Shown piece by piece: positions 38,803 to 48,178 of a stretch of 64,000 nucleotides of DNA. The stretch comes from an uncultured Verrucomicrobiae bacterium (GTDB lineage Bacteria; Verrucomicrobiota; Verrucomicrobiia; Chthoniobacterales; JAFAMB01), in assembly GCA_963837955.1 (NCBI GenBank), contig CAWIPH010000002.1:672001-736000 (forward strand), read 5' to 3'. The translations under genes and the position numbers were made by a program. The notes beneath the pieces were generated by a model. It searched no databases, was not told where the DNA came from, and saw only the letters and a list, made by a program, of their open reading frames with translations. How positions within the stretch are numbered: the stretch's first letter is position 1; every line of letters begins with the position of its first letter.

Positions 38803-38979
38803 ATGAAAGCAATCAAGATCCCGGTCATCGCCTTCGTCACTCTTGGGTTGATCAACCTTATCAGCTTCGTTTACCTGGTCGGAGAGTCGCACTATCATGT
38901 CTCAACGGCCGCGCCTGAGTATTACGGAGTTTCCGGTTATCCTCAGGAACTCTCTTCCTGGTTCTCTGGGCGGCCCTAA
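38803..38979 (+). CDS. 58-aa single-TM small protein, below the ORF track cutoff
   Basis: Hand translation MKAIKIPVIAFVTLGLINLISFVYLVGESHYHVSTAAPEYYGVSGYPQELSSWFSGRP*. Confidence 0.5.
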   Translation: MKAIKIPVIAFVTLGLINLISFVYLVGESHYHVSTAAPEYYGVSGYPQELSSWFSGRP

Positions 38980-39027
38980 GTTTTCCGTTGCATACGCCTG
39001 ATTTCCCGCTACCTTCCTTGCTCTTTT

Positions 39028-39297
39028 ATGGCGAAGAAAGCTTGGATCGAAAGGAATAAGCGCAAGCAAAAGACCGTGCAGAAGTATGCCGCACTTCGGG
39101 CCGCACTGAAGGCTAAAGGCGACTACGAAGGGCTTGCCCAGCTTCCGCGTGACGCCAGTCCGACCCGCTTAGTCAATCGCTGTGAACAGAGCGGCCGTCG
39201 TCGCAGTTTCATCAGGCGTTTTCGCCTCTCGCGAATCGCGTTCCGCGAGTGCGCTTCTCAGGGATTAATTCCTGGGGTTACAAAGTCGAGTTGGTAA
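39028..39297 (+). CDS. rpsN: 30S ribosomal protein S14, 89-aa type lacking the Zn ribbon
   Basis: [46 protein letters not shown]. Confidence 0.97.
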   Translation: MAKKAWIERNKRKQKTVQKYAALRAALKAKGDYEGLAQLPRDASPTRLVNRCEQSGRRRSFIRRFRLSRIAFRECASQGLIPGVTKSSW

Positions 39298-39554
39298 TCC
39301 TGACCGAAGCGCCCGCAGACTGACCGGTGGACATTCCGGCCGGGGTTTATTGCGTCCCCGCGGTAAGTTCTTTGCCGCTATCGTTAAGTCGACAAACCCG
39401 ACACCTAGTGCATCGTCTTGTACTGACGAAACGACCGGGATGGGGAGCACAGGCTTTTGAAATATCGGATCCGATCCGGATCTGTTATTTCAAGATTCTG
39501 TTGATCCGCTGGGATAGAGGTTAGAATGAGGATTGCAGAATCCCGCTGAGGAGA

Positions 39555-40982
39555 GTGCAGGTAGATTTGATGATAATTGGTTCGCTGGTCGGCACTGGGT
39601 CAGAGCTGCTCGATGTCCAGGTGGAGTTCGCCTCACCGAGCGTCGTGATTCTGAACGCCTTGATCATCCTGGCGCTCGTTTTCTTGAACGGATTTTTTGT
39701 CGCGTCAGAGTTTGCCCTGGTCAAGGTGCGTTCCAGCCAGCTTGACGCTCTGGAAGACGAGGGAAACAAACGCGCAGCCTTTGTGCGTCACGTTATTTCC
39801 AACCTCGACGCCTATCTCTCTGCTACGCAGCTGGGAATCACGCTATCGAGTCTTGGACTGGGTTGGATAGGTGAACCATACGTGGCTCAACTCTTTCAAC
39901 CGCTGCTTAGCCGGATCGGCGTGACTTCACCGGCGGTGATCAACGGGATCTCCTTCACAGTCGGATTCTCACTGATCACCTATCTCCATATCGTCTTGGG
40001 CGAACTAACGCCAAAAACCTTAGCGATCCGCAAATCTCTGGGAACCAGTTTGCTAGTGATCGCGCCTCTGCACCTGTTCTATACGATCTTCCGCCCGGCG
40101 ATTTGGTTTCTGCAAATGTCTGCCCGGTTTATCTTGAAAGTTGTCTTTCGAGTGGACCCAGTGGCCAACCATGAGCTGGCTCACAGCGAAGAGGAATTGC
40201 GAGTCATCCTTACGGAAAGCGAATCCCAAGCTGAGGTCACGCCTTTGAGCAAGGAGCTACTCATCAACGCGCTCGACTTTCGTCGACGCGTGGTGCGTGA
40301 CATCATGACGCCACGCGGTGACGTGATCTACTTAGATATTCAGGATTCCTTCGAAACGAATCTGCAGGTTGCCTTCGAATCAGGGCACACGCGTTTTCCT
40401 TTAGTACAAGGCCACTTGGACAACACGGTTGGACTAATTCACATCAAAGATCTGATGCGGGAAATGAAGAAGCCGAAACCGGATCTGCTCAGTGTGAAAC
40501 GCGATTTGATGCCGGTACCCGAATTCATGCCGTTGGAAAAGCTGTTGAAGGCTTTTTTAGCAAAACGGGCGCATTTTGCCGTAGTGGTGGATGAATACGG
40601 GGGCGCTGTGGGCATTGTAACTTTAGATGATGTCCTGGGTGAACTGGTTGGTGAAATCAAAGATGAATTTGACCAGGAACAAGCGCGCGAATTTGTCCGG
40701 CTTAACGACGAGGAGTTTGTCGTCCAAGGACAGCTCAACCTTTATGAACTCCAAGAGTTGACCGACCTGGATCTCAAGAACTCTGATGTCAGCACCATCG
40801 GCGGCTACGTCGTGCAGTTGCTCGGGCACTTGCCGCGCCAGGGAGAGCAAGTACGAATTGAGGACTACCTGGTTACGATTACTCAGACCGATGGTCGTCG
40901 GATTCTCCAACTGCACTTCAAGCGGGATCAGGCTGCGCAAAAGGATAAAGTTGGGGACGAATTGAAAGAATCCAGAAGCTAG
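39555..40982 (+). CDS. hemolysin-family CNNM/CBS/CorC-HlyC transporter
   Basis: LNGFFVASEFALVKVR, ATQLGIT, HIVLGELTPK, MTPR, GHTRFP, VVDEYGGAVGIVTLDD, TIGGY. Confidence 0.95.
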   Translation: MQVDLMIIGSLVGTGSELLDVQVEFASPSVVILNALIILALVFLNGFFVASEFALVKVRSSQLDALEDEGNKRAAFVRHVISNLDAYLSATQLGITLSSLGLGWIGEPYVAQLFQPLLSRIGVTSPAVINGISFTVGFSLITYLHIVLGELTPKTLAIRKSLGTSLLVIAPLHLFYTIFRPAIWFLQMSARFILKVVFRVDPVANHELAHSEEELRVILTESESQAEVTPLSKELLINALDFRRRVVRDIMTPRGDVIYLDIQDSFETNLQVAFESGHTRFPLVQGHLDNTVGLIHIKDLMREMKKPKPDLLSVKRDLMPVPEFMPLEKLLKAFLAKRAHFAVVVDEYGGAVGIVTLDDVLGELVGEIKDEFDQEQAREFVRLNDEEFVVQGQLNLYELQELTDLDLKNSDVSTIGGYVVQLLGHLPRQGEQVRIEDYLVTITQTDGRRILQLHFKRDQAAQKDKVGDELKESRS

Positions 40983-41146
40983 AATTTCGGTCAGGATGCG
41001 TTACCGGGATCGTAGCCTGATCCTCCCGGCTCAGGAATCCTCGGCGGTCTGAGCCTGTGAGGGCATTTGCGGTGCACTCCCTGAGGCTGGAGCATCAGAC
41101 TACTCTAAAAACGGGCGCGCGGGGAGCGCATCCCTTTGCCTAAATT

Positions 41147-41995
41147 CTACAACAGCCCACTCACAAACTCTTCTTTGTTGAAATAGGCGAAGTCTTCCAG
41201 TTTTTCTCCGGTGCCAACGAATCGCGGAGATATCTCGAGTTCGTTTTGGATCGCAACAACAATTCCCCCTTTACCTGAGCCGTCCAGCTTGGTTACCACC
41301 AACCCGCTCAACCCGACCGCATCTCGAAACTCTTTAGCCTGCACCAGCGCGTTGCTTCCAGTCGTAGCATCTACCACCAGCAGACATTCGTGTGGTGCAT
41401 CCGGATCATGTTTTTCCAAAGTCCGAACGATCTTGCCCAATTCCTGCATCAAATTGTGTTTGGTATGCAGGCGACCGGCCGTATCACAGATCAGAAATTC
41501 GATATTTCTCTTGCGGGCCGCAGAGTAGGCGTCAAAGCAAAGCGCCGAAGGGTCGGCTTGGTATTCGCCGGCGACGATCTCGACGTTGACGCGCTCCGCC
41601 CAGATCTTGAGCTGTTCGATAGCCGCCGCCCGAAATGTGTCGGCGGCAGCCAACATCACCGTATGTTTCTGGCGCCGGAGCAGATGGGCCAGTTTTGCCG
41701 TAGAAGTTGTCTTTCCGGTCCCATTTACGCCTACCATCAAAATGACTTTGGGACGATCGGGAAGCGGACGGAGTCGGGGGTTAGCGTTGGGCAAAATTTG
41801 CTCGATATAGCTCCGAGTCACCTCGATCACCTCTTTCGCAGAAACCGGGGAGCCTCGCTGCTGTAGTGCCTCGATAATACGAAGAGTCATGGGGACGCCG
41901 ATATCGGAACGGATCAGAGTCTCCTCGAGTTCATCCCAATCGACTGGTTTGCCGGAAAAGCGATCGAACAAATCTTTCAAGAAACCGAAAGCCAT
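41147..41995 (-). CDS. ftsY: signal recognition particle receptor FtsY
   Basis: GVNGTGKTTS, DTFRAAA, DTAGR, TKLDGSGKGG. Confidence 0.98.
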   Translation of the reverse strand: MAFGFLKDLFDRFSGKPVDWDELEETLIRSDIGVPMTLRIIEALQQRGSPVSAKEVIEVTRSYIEQILPNANPRLRPLPDRPKVILMVGVNGTGKTTSTAKLAHLLRRQKHTVMLAAADTFRAAAIEQLKIWAERVNVEIVAGEYQADPSALCFDAYSAARKRNIEFLICDTAGRLHTKHNLMQELGKIVRTLEKHDPDAPHECLLVVDATTGSNALVQAKEFRDAVGLSGLVVTKLDGSGKGGIVVAIQNELEISPRFVGTGEKLEDFAYFNKEEFVSGLL

Positions 41996-42034
41996 AAAAT
42001 CCTTTCGCGGGTTATTGACCGAAGCGGAAACTGG

Positions 42035-42478
42035 TCATCTTTTCCCGTTCAAAGCGGTACGAAGCGGCCGGTTGAGATCGAGCTTCACCCGATCCAATAC
42101 ACCATTGACGAATTTTCCGGACTCTTCGGTACCGAACTTCTTTGCTATGTCGATCGCCTCGTTGATTGCCACGACGGGTGGCACGTCCTCGGAGAACAGC
42201 ATTTCATAAACGGCCATTCGAAGAATGTTGCGGTCAACTGCCGAAATGCGCTTAAGCTCATAGTTTGCCGTGTAGCGGGTGATCTTCTCATCAACTGCCT
42301 CCTGGCGAGCGATCACCCCCTGGGCTAGTTGCGTAGCAAAAGTTCGGATTGATCCAGTAGCTGACCGGAGCTCCCAGAACCGGGCCAGCCCATCTTCGGT
42401 GAGTGGCTCCTGTAGATTAAGATCCCAGTGGTACAGGAGTTGCAGCGCGACTTCTCGACTCTCTCTTCTCTTTCCCAT
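42035..42478 (-). CDS. nusB: transcription antitermination factor NusB
   Basis: MGKRRESREVALQ.LY, DRNILR, VAINEAIDIAKKFG, FVNGVLD. Confidence 0.96.
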   Translation of the reverse strand: MGKRRESREVALQLLYHWDLNLQEPLTEDGLARFWELRSATGSIRTFATQLAQGVIARQEAVDEKITRYTANYELKRISAVDRNILRMAVYEMLFSEDVPPVVAINEAIDIAKKFGTEESGKFVNGVLDRVKLDLNRPLRTALNGKR

Positions 42479-42485
42479 CGCTAGA

Positions 42486-42962
42486 CTAAGCTGCTCGAAG
42501 CGAGCGCAGCGCCGCCAGCATGCGCACAGCCGCCCGGGCCGCTTCCGTTCCACGATTTATCGTTGGCATCAAACATCGTTCCTTCGCTTGATCGTGGGTT
42601 TTTACGACGAGAACTTCATGCAAGACTGGGACTCGGTGGGTTAAGCTCAGGTCGAGCAGCGCTCTGGTTACGGCGCCAGCGATTAATTCCGCGTGCAAGG
42701 TCTGCCCATCAAAAATTAGTCCGAAGGCTAAGACTGCATGCACATTGAGTGTCTCGATCACGATTTTTGTTCCGAGCGGAATCTCGAACGAGCCTGGTAC
42801 TCGCATGGTTGCAAAATTCGATTCTGGCAAAAGCAGGCTCAGTTCTTCGCTGGCAAACCTCACTAGACCGTCGACGTAAGTCGAATTGTACTCACTTGCG
42901 ACGATCGCTAGCCGCCATGCGTCATGATAGACCGGCGGCCGATCTGGAAACTCATTGGACAT
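42486..42962 (-). CDS. ribH: 6,7-dimethyl-8-ribityllumazine synthase
   Basis: AIVASEYN, VPGSFEIP, G.T.H, NRGTEAA; located between ribBA and nusB. Confidence 0.93.
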   Translation of the reverse strand: MSNEFPDRPPVYHDAWRLAIVASEYNSTYVDGLVRFASEELSLLLPESNFATMRVPGSFEIPLGTKIVIETLNVHAVLAFGLIFDGQTLHAELIAGAVTRALLDLSLTHRVPVLHEVLVVKTHDQAKERCLMPTINRGTEAARAAVRMLAALRSLRAA

Positions 42963-42976
42963 CGGTGGGGCACCAT

Positions 42977-43096
42977 AGGTTACGGGTCACAAGTTACAAG
43001 TTACAGGTTGCGAGTTGTCACTGTTGGCGCTGGCAAAGGCACCAGAAATCCGCATCGCGGACGAACCTGCAACCTGTAACCTGTAACCCGCAACCT
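42977..43096. repeat. inverted heptamer-repeat arms between ribBA and ribH
   Basis: (RRGTYRY)6 at 42977-43018 complementary to (AACCYGY)4+ at 43064-43096. Confidence 0.85.
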
Positions 43097-43097
43097 C

Positions 43098-44297
43098 TTA
43101 GAGGAGGTGGCCCAGCTTCAGGCGTTTAGTCTCCAGGTATTTTTGGTTGTGTTGATTCGTCGGGGCCTTGATCGGAAGTTGATCAATGATGTTGAGGCCG
43201 TAGCCTTCCAGGCCAATCACTTTCTTTGGGTTGTTCGTCAAGAGCCGGATCTCCCTCACACCAACGTCGACTAGAATCTGTGCGCCGATCCCATACTCCC
43301 GAAGATCCCCAGGGAAGCCGAGCCGCTCGTTGGCTTCGACGGTGTCGAGTCCTTCCTCCTGCAGTTTATAAGCCTGGATCTTCGCGGCCAATCCGATACC
43401 ACGCCCCTCCTGACGCATGTATACCAAGACCCCGGATCCCGCCTCATCGATCTGTTCGAGAGCGGCATGGAGTTGGTTTCCGCAGTCGCAGCGTCTTGAA
43501 CCGAAAACGTCTCCGGTCAAGCATTCGCTATGCACGCGCACGAGTGTCGGAGTCGTTGGTGAAATCGTTCCCCGGACAAGTGCTAAATGATGGACGTCGT
43601 CTACCAGTGACCGGTACAAATGCAGCCGGAAATTGCCGTAATCGGTGGGTAGATCGACTTCCTGCTCTTTCACAATCAGTTTCTCACGAGCACGCCGATA
43701 GGATATCAGCTGTTCGATGGAGCAAATCTTAAGGCCGTGTTGCTGGCCGAAGGCAAAAAGCTCTGGAAGACGAGCCATGCTGCCATCGTCGTTTACCACT
43801 TCGGCCAAAACACCGGCTGGTCGAAGTCCGGCCAAGCGCGCAAGATCAACCGCGGCCTCGGTGTGTCCAGCTCGCCGCAAGACGCCTCCTTCGCGATATC
43901 GAAGCGGGAACACGTGTCCCGGTCGAACCAGATCGTCTGCCCGAGTCTGGGGATCGGAAAGGAGTCGGATCGTCCTGGTCCGATCAGCCGCGGAAATACC
44001 GGTCGTGACACCTGATTTGGCGTCGACGGAAATCGTGTAGGCAGTCCGCATCGCTTCATTGTTCCGGAGCGTCATCAGAGGCAATTCCAGCCGATCGAGG
44101 TCAGCGCCTTCCATCGGCACACAGATCACCCCGGACGTATAGCGGATCATAAAACTGAGAGTTTCCGCTGTGGCTTTTTCTGCAGCCAAGATCAGGTCGC
44201 CCTCATTCTCGCGATTCGCGTCATCGGTAACGATGATCGGTCGTCCCTGGCGGAACGACTCCAGGACTTCTTCAATTGGATCGAACTTTAGACTCAT
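43098..44297 (-). CDS. ribBA: bifunctional DHBP synthase / GTP cyclohydrolase II
   Basis: [49 protein letters not shown]. Confidence 0.98.
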   Translation of the reverse strand: MSLKFDPIEEVLESFRQGRPIIVTDDANRENEGDLILAAEKATAETLSFMIRYTSGVICVPMEGADLDRLELPLMTLRNNEAMRTAYTISVDAKSGVTTGISAADRTRTIRLLSDPQTRADDLVRPGHVFPLRYREGGVLRRAGHTEAAVDLARLAGLRPAGVLAEVVNDDGSMARLPELFAFGQQHGLKICSIEQLISYRRAREKLIVKEQEVDLPTDYGNFRLHLYRSLVDDVHHLALVRGTISPTTPTLVRVHSECLTGDVFGSRRCDCGNQLHAALEQIDEAGSGVLVYMRQEGRGIGLAAKIQAYKLQEEGLDTVEANERLGFPGDLREYGIGAQILVDVGVREIRLLTNNPKKVIGLEGYGLNIIDQLPIKAPTNQHNQKYLETKRLKLGHLL

Positions 44298-44438
44298 AAA
44301 GGAATACCACCCAGAAGGTACACTCTGTTTCCGGATAGAGAAACTAGCAGAGACCCGGTCGCTTGCCTAGTGCACCAAGCCCGCGACTAGTATAGCGGCG
44401 TTGACCGCTCGAGAGATTAGCATTAGCTAAGCAAACTA

Positions 44439-45371
44439 ATGCAATTCGGGCCCCTTTTCGTCGCCGGTCATCGCGGTCTTGCTGGAGGTGCGGTAGTTCG
44501 TGCTCTTCATCGTCGCGGTTACCAAGATATTTTGACGAGAACACGCCAGGAACTTGATTTGGAAAATTCTGCGGCCGTTCGGGATTTTCTGCGAGCGACC
44601 AAACCAGGAGCTGTCATTATTGCTGCAGCCAAGGTCGGCGGCATCCAAGCGAATGATCGCTACCCGGTGGAGTTTCTCCTTCAAAATCTGTTGATCCAGA
44701 ACAATTTGATTTCGGGAGCATACGAAGCCGGAGTTAAAAAAGTACTCTTTCTGGGCAGTTCTTGCATCTATCCAAAGTTTGCTCCACAGCCGATTCCGGA
44801 AGAGGCGCTCTTGACTGGGCCGCTAGAGCCGACGAACGAAGCATACGCGATCGCCAAGATAACCGGCGTCAAGCTTTGCCAGGCTTATACGCGTGAATAT
44901 GGGGCCAACTTTATTTCAGTAATGCCAACGAATCTGTACGGACCAGGAGATAATTTCGACCTGGAAAACTCCCACGTTTTACCTGCGCTACTTCGGAAAG
45001 CCCACGAAGCCAAGGTCAACGGGGCTTCTGAGCTGGTGGTTTGGGGTACAGGCACTCCGCGTCGAGAGTTTCTGCATTGTGACGATTTGGGGGAAGGGAT
45101 GCTTTTCTTAATGGAGCATTACAATGATCCCGAAATTATCAACGTGGGTTGGGGAACCGACGTCAGCATCCGAGAATTAGCACAGATCATTTGTGAAATA
45201 ACAGGCTTCTCTGGTACGCTTCGCTTCGACCACAGCAAGCCGGACGGCACACCTCGGAAACTGTTGAGCGTTGCCAAACTGCGAAAGCTTGGTTGGGAAC
45301 CAAAAATCAATTTGCGCGAAGGCATCCAGCACACGTATCGCTGGTTCTTGGAGAACCAACCGAAAGGCTAA
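44439..45371 (+). CDS. fcl: GDP-L-fucose synthase
   Basis: AGHRGLAG, AAAKVGGI, LGSSCIYP, EPTNEAYAIAK, MPTNLYGP, WGTGTPRREFL. Confidence 0.96.
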   Translation: MQFGPLFVAGHRGLAGGAVVRALHRRGYQDILTRTRQELDLENSAAVRDFLRATKPGAVIIAAAKVGGIQANDRYPVEFLLQNLLIQNNLISGAYEAGVKKVLFLGSSCIYPKFAPQPIPEEALLTGPLEPTNEAYAIAKITGVKLCQAYTREYGANFISVMPTNLYGPGDNFDLENSHVLPALLRKAHEAKVNGASELVVWGTGTPRREFLHCDDLGEGMLFLMEHYNDPEIINVGWGTDVSIRELAQIICEITGFSGTLRFDHSKPDGTPRKLLSVAKLRKLGWEPKINLREGIQHTYRWFLENQPKG

Positions 45372-45447
45372 TCTGATCCTCTACGACAAATGATTTTCCT
45401 ATGGTCAATCGGATCGTTCTCGAAACAATTATCATCATTTTATTTCT

Positions 45448-46131
45448 GTGAAATCCGATCCCAAAGAACTGCGCATTGCGATTTCGAGTCTGAGCGGCTG
45501 TGGCAACACCACGGCAACACGTAACGTCGGAGCAACGTTAGCGTTGCAAGTAGTCAACTATACTTTTCGCGATCTCGGAGACGATCTCGGAATCACCTTC
45601 GACGAGATTCATGCGCGCGCTGGCGAGACCAAAATGTTCGATTATCTTACCGACCTGGTCCAGATCCGGGCATCCCTCCGATCAAAGGTCGTGGTTGGTT
45701 CTCGCTTGGCCGCATGGTTGGTCGACGCGGATCTCCGCGTTTGGTTGCATGCTTCTCTGGAGGAAAGGGCCAAGCGCATTTTTCGACGAGAACCGGACCG
45801 GTACGCAAGCTACGAAGCGGTCCTGTATTCGACGCTGAAGCGGGACGAACAGAATCGAAAGCGTTACCTCCAGCTTTACGGAATTGACATCAATGATCGG
45901 GGCGACTTCGACATAATCATCAATACCGAAAAGCTGACAGCGGAACAGGTGTCGAGCTTGATCGTAGCTGCCGCCCGGTGGGCGAGCCAAAATCAACTCG
46001 ATCGAGAGAACTTACATCTGCAGAGAATCCGAAAAACCATTACGGACCATTTTGCTCTGGATCCTGCCGTGTTAGTGGATCCCTCGACAAAGATCGATCT
46101 GCGAGAGGTGTATCAGAGAACCAGCCAGTAG
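45448..46131 (+). CDS. cytidylate kinase-like protein (archaeal/spirochaete type)
   Basis: ISSLSGCGNTT P-loop variant, NYTFR, GSRLAAW, RAKRI, RD.QN.KRY..LYGID. Confidence 0.85.
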   Translation: MKSDPKELRIAISSLSGCGNTTATRNVGATLALQVVNYTFRDLGDDLGITFDEIHARAGETKMFDYLTDLVQIRASLRSKVVVGSRLAAWLVDADLRVWLHASLEERAKRIFRREPDRYASYEAVLYSTLKRDEQNRKRYLQLYGIDINDRGDFDIIINTEKLTAEQVSSLIVAAARWASQNQLDRENLHLQRIRKTITDHFALDPAVLVDPSTKIDLREVYQRTSQ

Positions 46132-46170
46132 TCATAAGTCCCATGCGACCCATGAGTCCCATGAGTCCTA
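46131..46170. repeat. 9-bp-period quasi-palindromic intergenic repeat
   Basis: GTCATAAGT CCCATGCGA CCCATGAGT CCCATGAGT CCTA starting at the stop codon. Confidence 0.85.
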
Positions 46171-46210
46171 GGGGGATGCCGCGGTAGAAACATCCCAGTG
46201 TCTATTAAAC

Positions 46211-48178
46211 CTACAACGCGATTGGCGCAGACAAACAGGAATTCGGAATGCCGAAAGCGTCCACCAATGCGACCGCATCTTGTCTCACCTCTGCACAGAG
46301 GGTGGTGACCAACCGCGTGATGGCCTTTGCCTTGAACCCGGACATCGCACCATTCTCCAAGTACCAGCCCTTATGCATTTCCAGATGGTAAAGCGCGAAA
46401 AGATCGCACAAACGCTTAAGCGCAGTCCGCAAGGTCCGATCCGGAACCTTTTCGATGAATGTAACGAAGTTCTCGAGAATTTCTCGCTCCACATAGCTCT
46501 CAGCCAACTCCAATAGCTGGGGTTGCAGCTTGGTGAAGGCAGAGTAAGCATCCATTTGGTGGTTCTTGGTCAACCGCCGAAAGGCGCTGGCAACTTTCAG
46601 CAACAAACTGGACTGGCGATGCCTGAAATGGCTGAGCTGAATGCTGGCGTCACGCAAGTGGTGCCGGCTCGTGTTCAGCGTAAAGAGCGGCATCCTCCTG
46701 GTAAACCCGCCCACTCTTTGATTGATCAGGTATCCGGTTAACTGCGCGGGCTGCATTCCTTTCAGCTGATCCCTCAGGTCGGTCAGAAGATTCTTAGCCA
46801 CGAGCTGCATAAGTACCGTGTTATCGCCTTCGAAAGTGGTATTTACATCGGTGTCTGCTTTGAGCGCGGCGAATCGATTAGCCGCGATATAGCCTTCGCC
46901 TCCGCAATTCTCCCGACAAGCCTGAATGGTTCGGGTTGTGTTCCAAGTTGCCCAGGCCTTAAGGCCGGCCGCCAGTGTTTCAAGCGTCCGCGACCCGCTA
47001 TCTATTGCTTGAGTATTGAGAACGACCAAGTGCTTCAGCGCAAAATCGACCGCATAAACATTAGCAAGTAGCGGCATCAACCGGCGTTGGACAGCCGGAT
47101 AATCTAACAAAAGAGTCTCTTTCCCAGGCAGTTTTCCGGAACCGAATTGGCGGCGTCGAGCTGCGTATCTTACAGCAATGGTGAGAGCGGATTTGGCAGC
47201 GCTATTGCTGCTGGCGGCAATCGTCACGCGACCACTTACCAAAGTGCCGATCATGGTGAAGAAACGCGTGCCGGCACTTTTGATTTCGCTCTGGTATTTC
47301 CCGCCACTATCCACCTCGGCGAACCGGTTAAGCAGCGCGGTTCTGGGCACTCGCACCTGATCAAACCAGATCTTGCCGTTGTCGACTCCGTTCAGGCCCA
47401 TCTTATAACCATTATCCTCAATTGTTATTCCAGGAAGGACCTCGCCGTTCTCGTCTCGCAACGGTACGATAAAAGCGTGAACGCCATGGTGCTCTCCGTT
47501 AACTTCCAATTGAGCAAAAACAGTTGCCAGTCGGGCATCGACGGCAGCATTACCGATGTAGCTCTTTCCAGCCGAAAATGAGGGACTGTGGATGATGAAG
47601 CCCTCATGTTCCGAATCGTACATTGCTGTCGTTTCAATTCCCTGAACATTGGAGCCATGACCGATCTCGGTCATTGCAAAACATCCCATTAACTGGCCGG
47701 AGACAGCGTCGGCGAGGTATTTACGATGATGGACTTCTGTACCGAGGCGCTGAATGCTTCCGGCGAACAGACCGAATTGCACCCCGAATTTGATTAGCAG
47801 GCTGTGGTCGTGAAATCCGAGTGTCTCGCCAGCCGCCATAAACTTCGCCAGATCTTCCTCTCCGCCCAAAGATTTCGGCAGAAAGATTCGACCGATACCT
47901 GCGTCCGCGATCCGCTTTGTCCAAGCTAGCACTTGCTTCCGATAGGCGTGGTAATCTGTGCCCTCGAAATAATTGAATTCGGGCTGGGTGATGATCTGCT
48001 TGACCAACTCACGCACTCCGCGGTGTTCACCATCGAGAATTCGTTGCATGGCGACGGGCTCGAAACTGGAGAGCTTTTTCTCAATCGGAGGATAGCCACG
48101 ATCAAGTGGGCCGGTCGCAGGCCGAGGCCAGCCGGCAGCTGCGGTTTCGACCGCAGGGCTTTCGAGCGCATTTTTCAT
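46211..48178 (-). CDS. acyl-CoA oxidase-type acyl-CoA dehydrogenase family protein
   Basis: GVQFGLF, GCFAMTEIGHGSNVQGIETTA, KMGLNGVDNG, CRENCGGEGY, TFEGDNTVL, ACOX-like C-terminal domain ending LVDAFGIP. Confidence 0.88.
   Translation of the reverse strand: MKNALESPAVETAAAGWPRPATGPLDRGYPPIEKKLSSFEPVAMQRILDGEHRGVRELVKQIITQPEFNYFEGTDYHAYRKQVLAWTKRIADAGIGRIFLPKSLGGEEDLAKFMAAGETLGFHDHSLLIKFGVQFGLFAGSIQRLGTEVHHRKYLADAVSGQLMGCFAMTEIGHGSNVQGIETTAMYDSEHEGFIIHSPSFSAGKSYIGNAAVDARLATVFAQLEVNGEHHGVHAFIVPLRDENGEVLPGITIEDNGYKMGLNGVDNGKIWFDQVRVPRTALLNRFAEVDSGGKYQSEIKSAGTRFFTMIGTLVSGRVTIAASSNSAAKSALTIAVRYAARRRQFGSGKLPGKETLLLDYPAVQRRLMPLLANVYAVDFALKHLVVLNTQAIDSGSRTLETLAAGLKAWATWNTTRTIQACRENCGGEGYIAANRFAALKADTDVNTTFEGDNTVLMQLVAKNLLTDLRDQLKGMQPAQLTGYLINQRVGGFTRRMPLFTLNTSRHHLRDASIQLSHFRHRQSSLLLKVASAFRRLTKNHQMDAYSAFTKLQPQLLELAESYVEREILENFVTFIEKVPDRTLRTALKRLCDLFALYHLEMHKGWYLENGAMSGFKAKAITRLVTTLCAEVRQDAVALVDAFGIPNSCLSAPIAL

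Noticed and set aside
44298..44438. FMN riboswitch upstream of ribBA
   Set aside because: Short divergent intergenic region with none of the RFN consensus blocks
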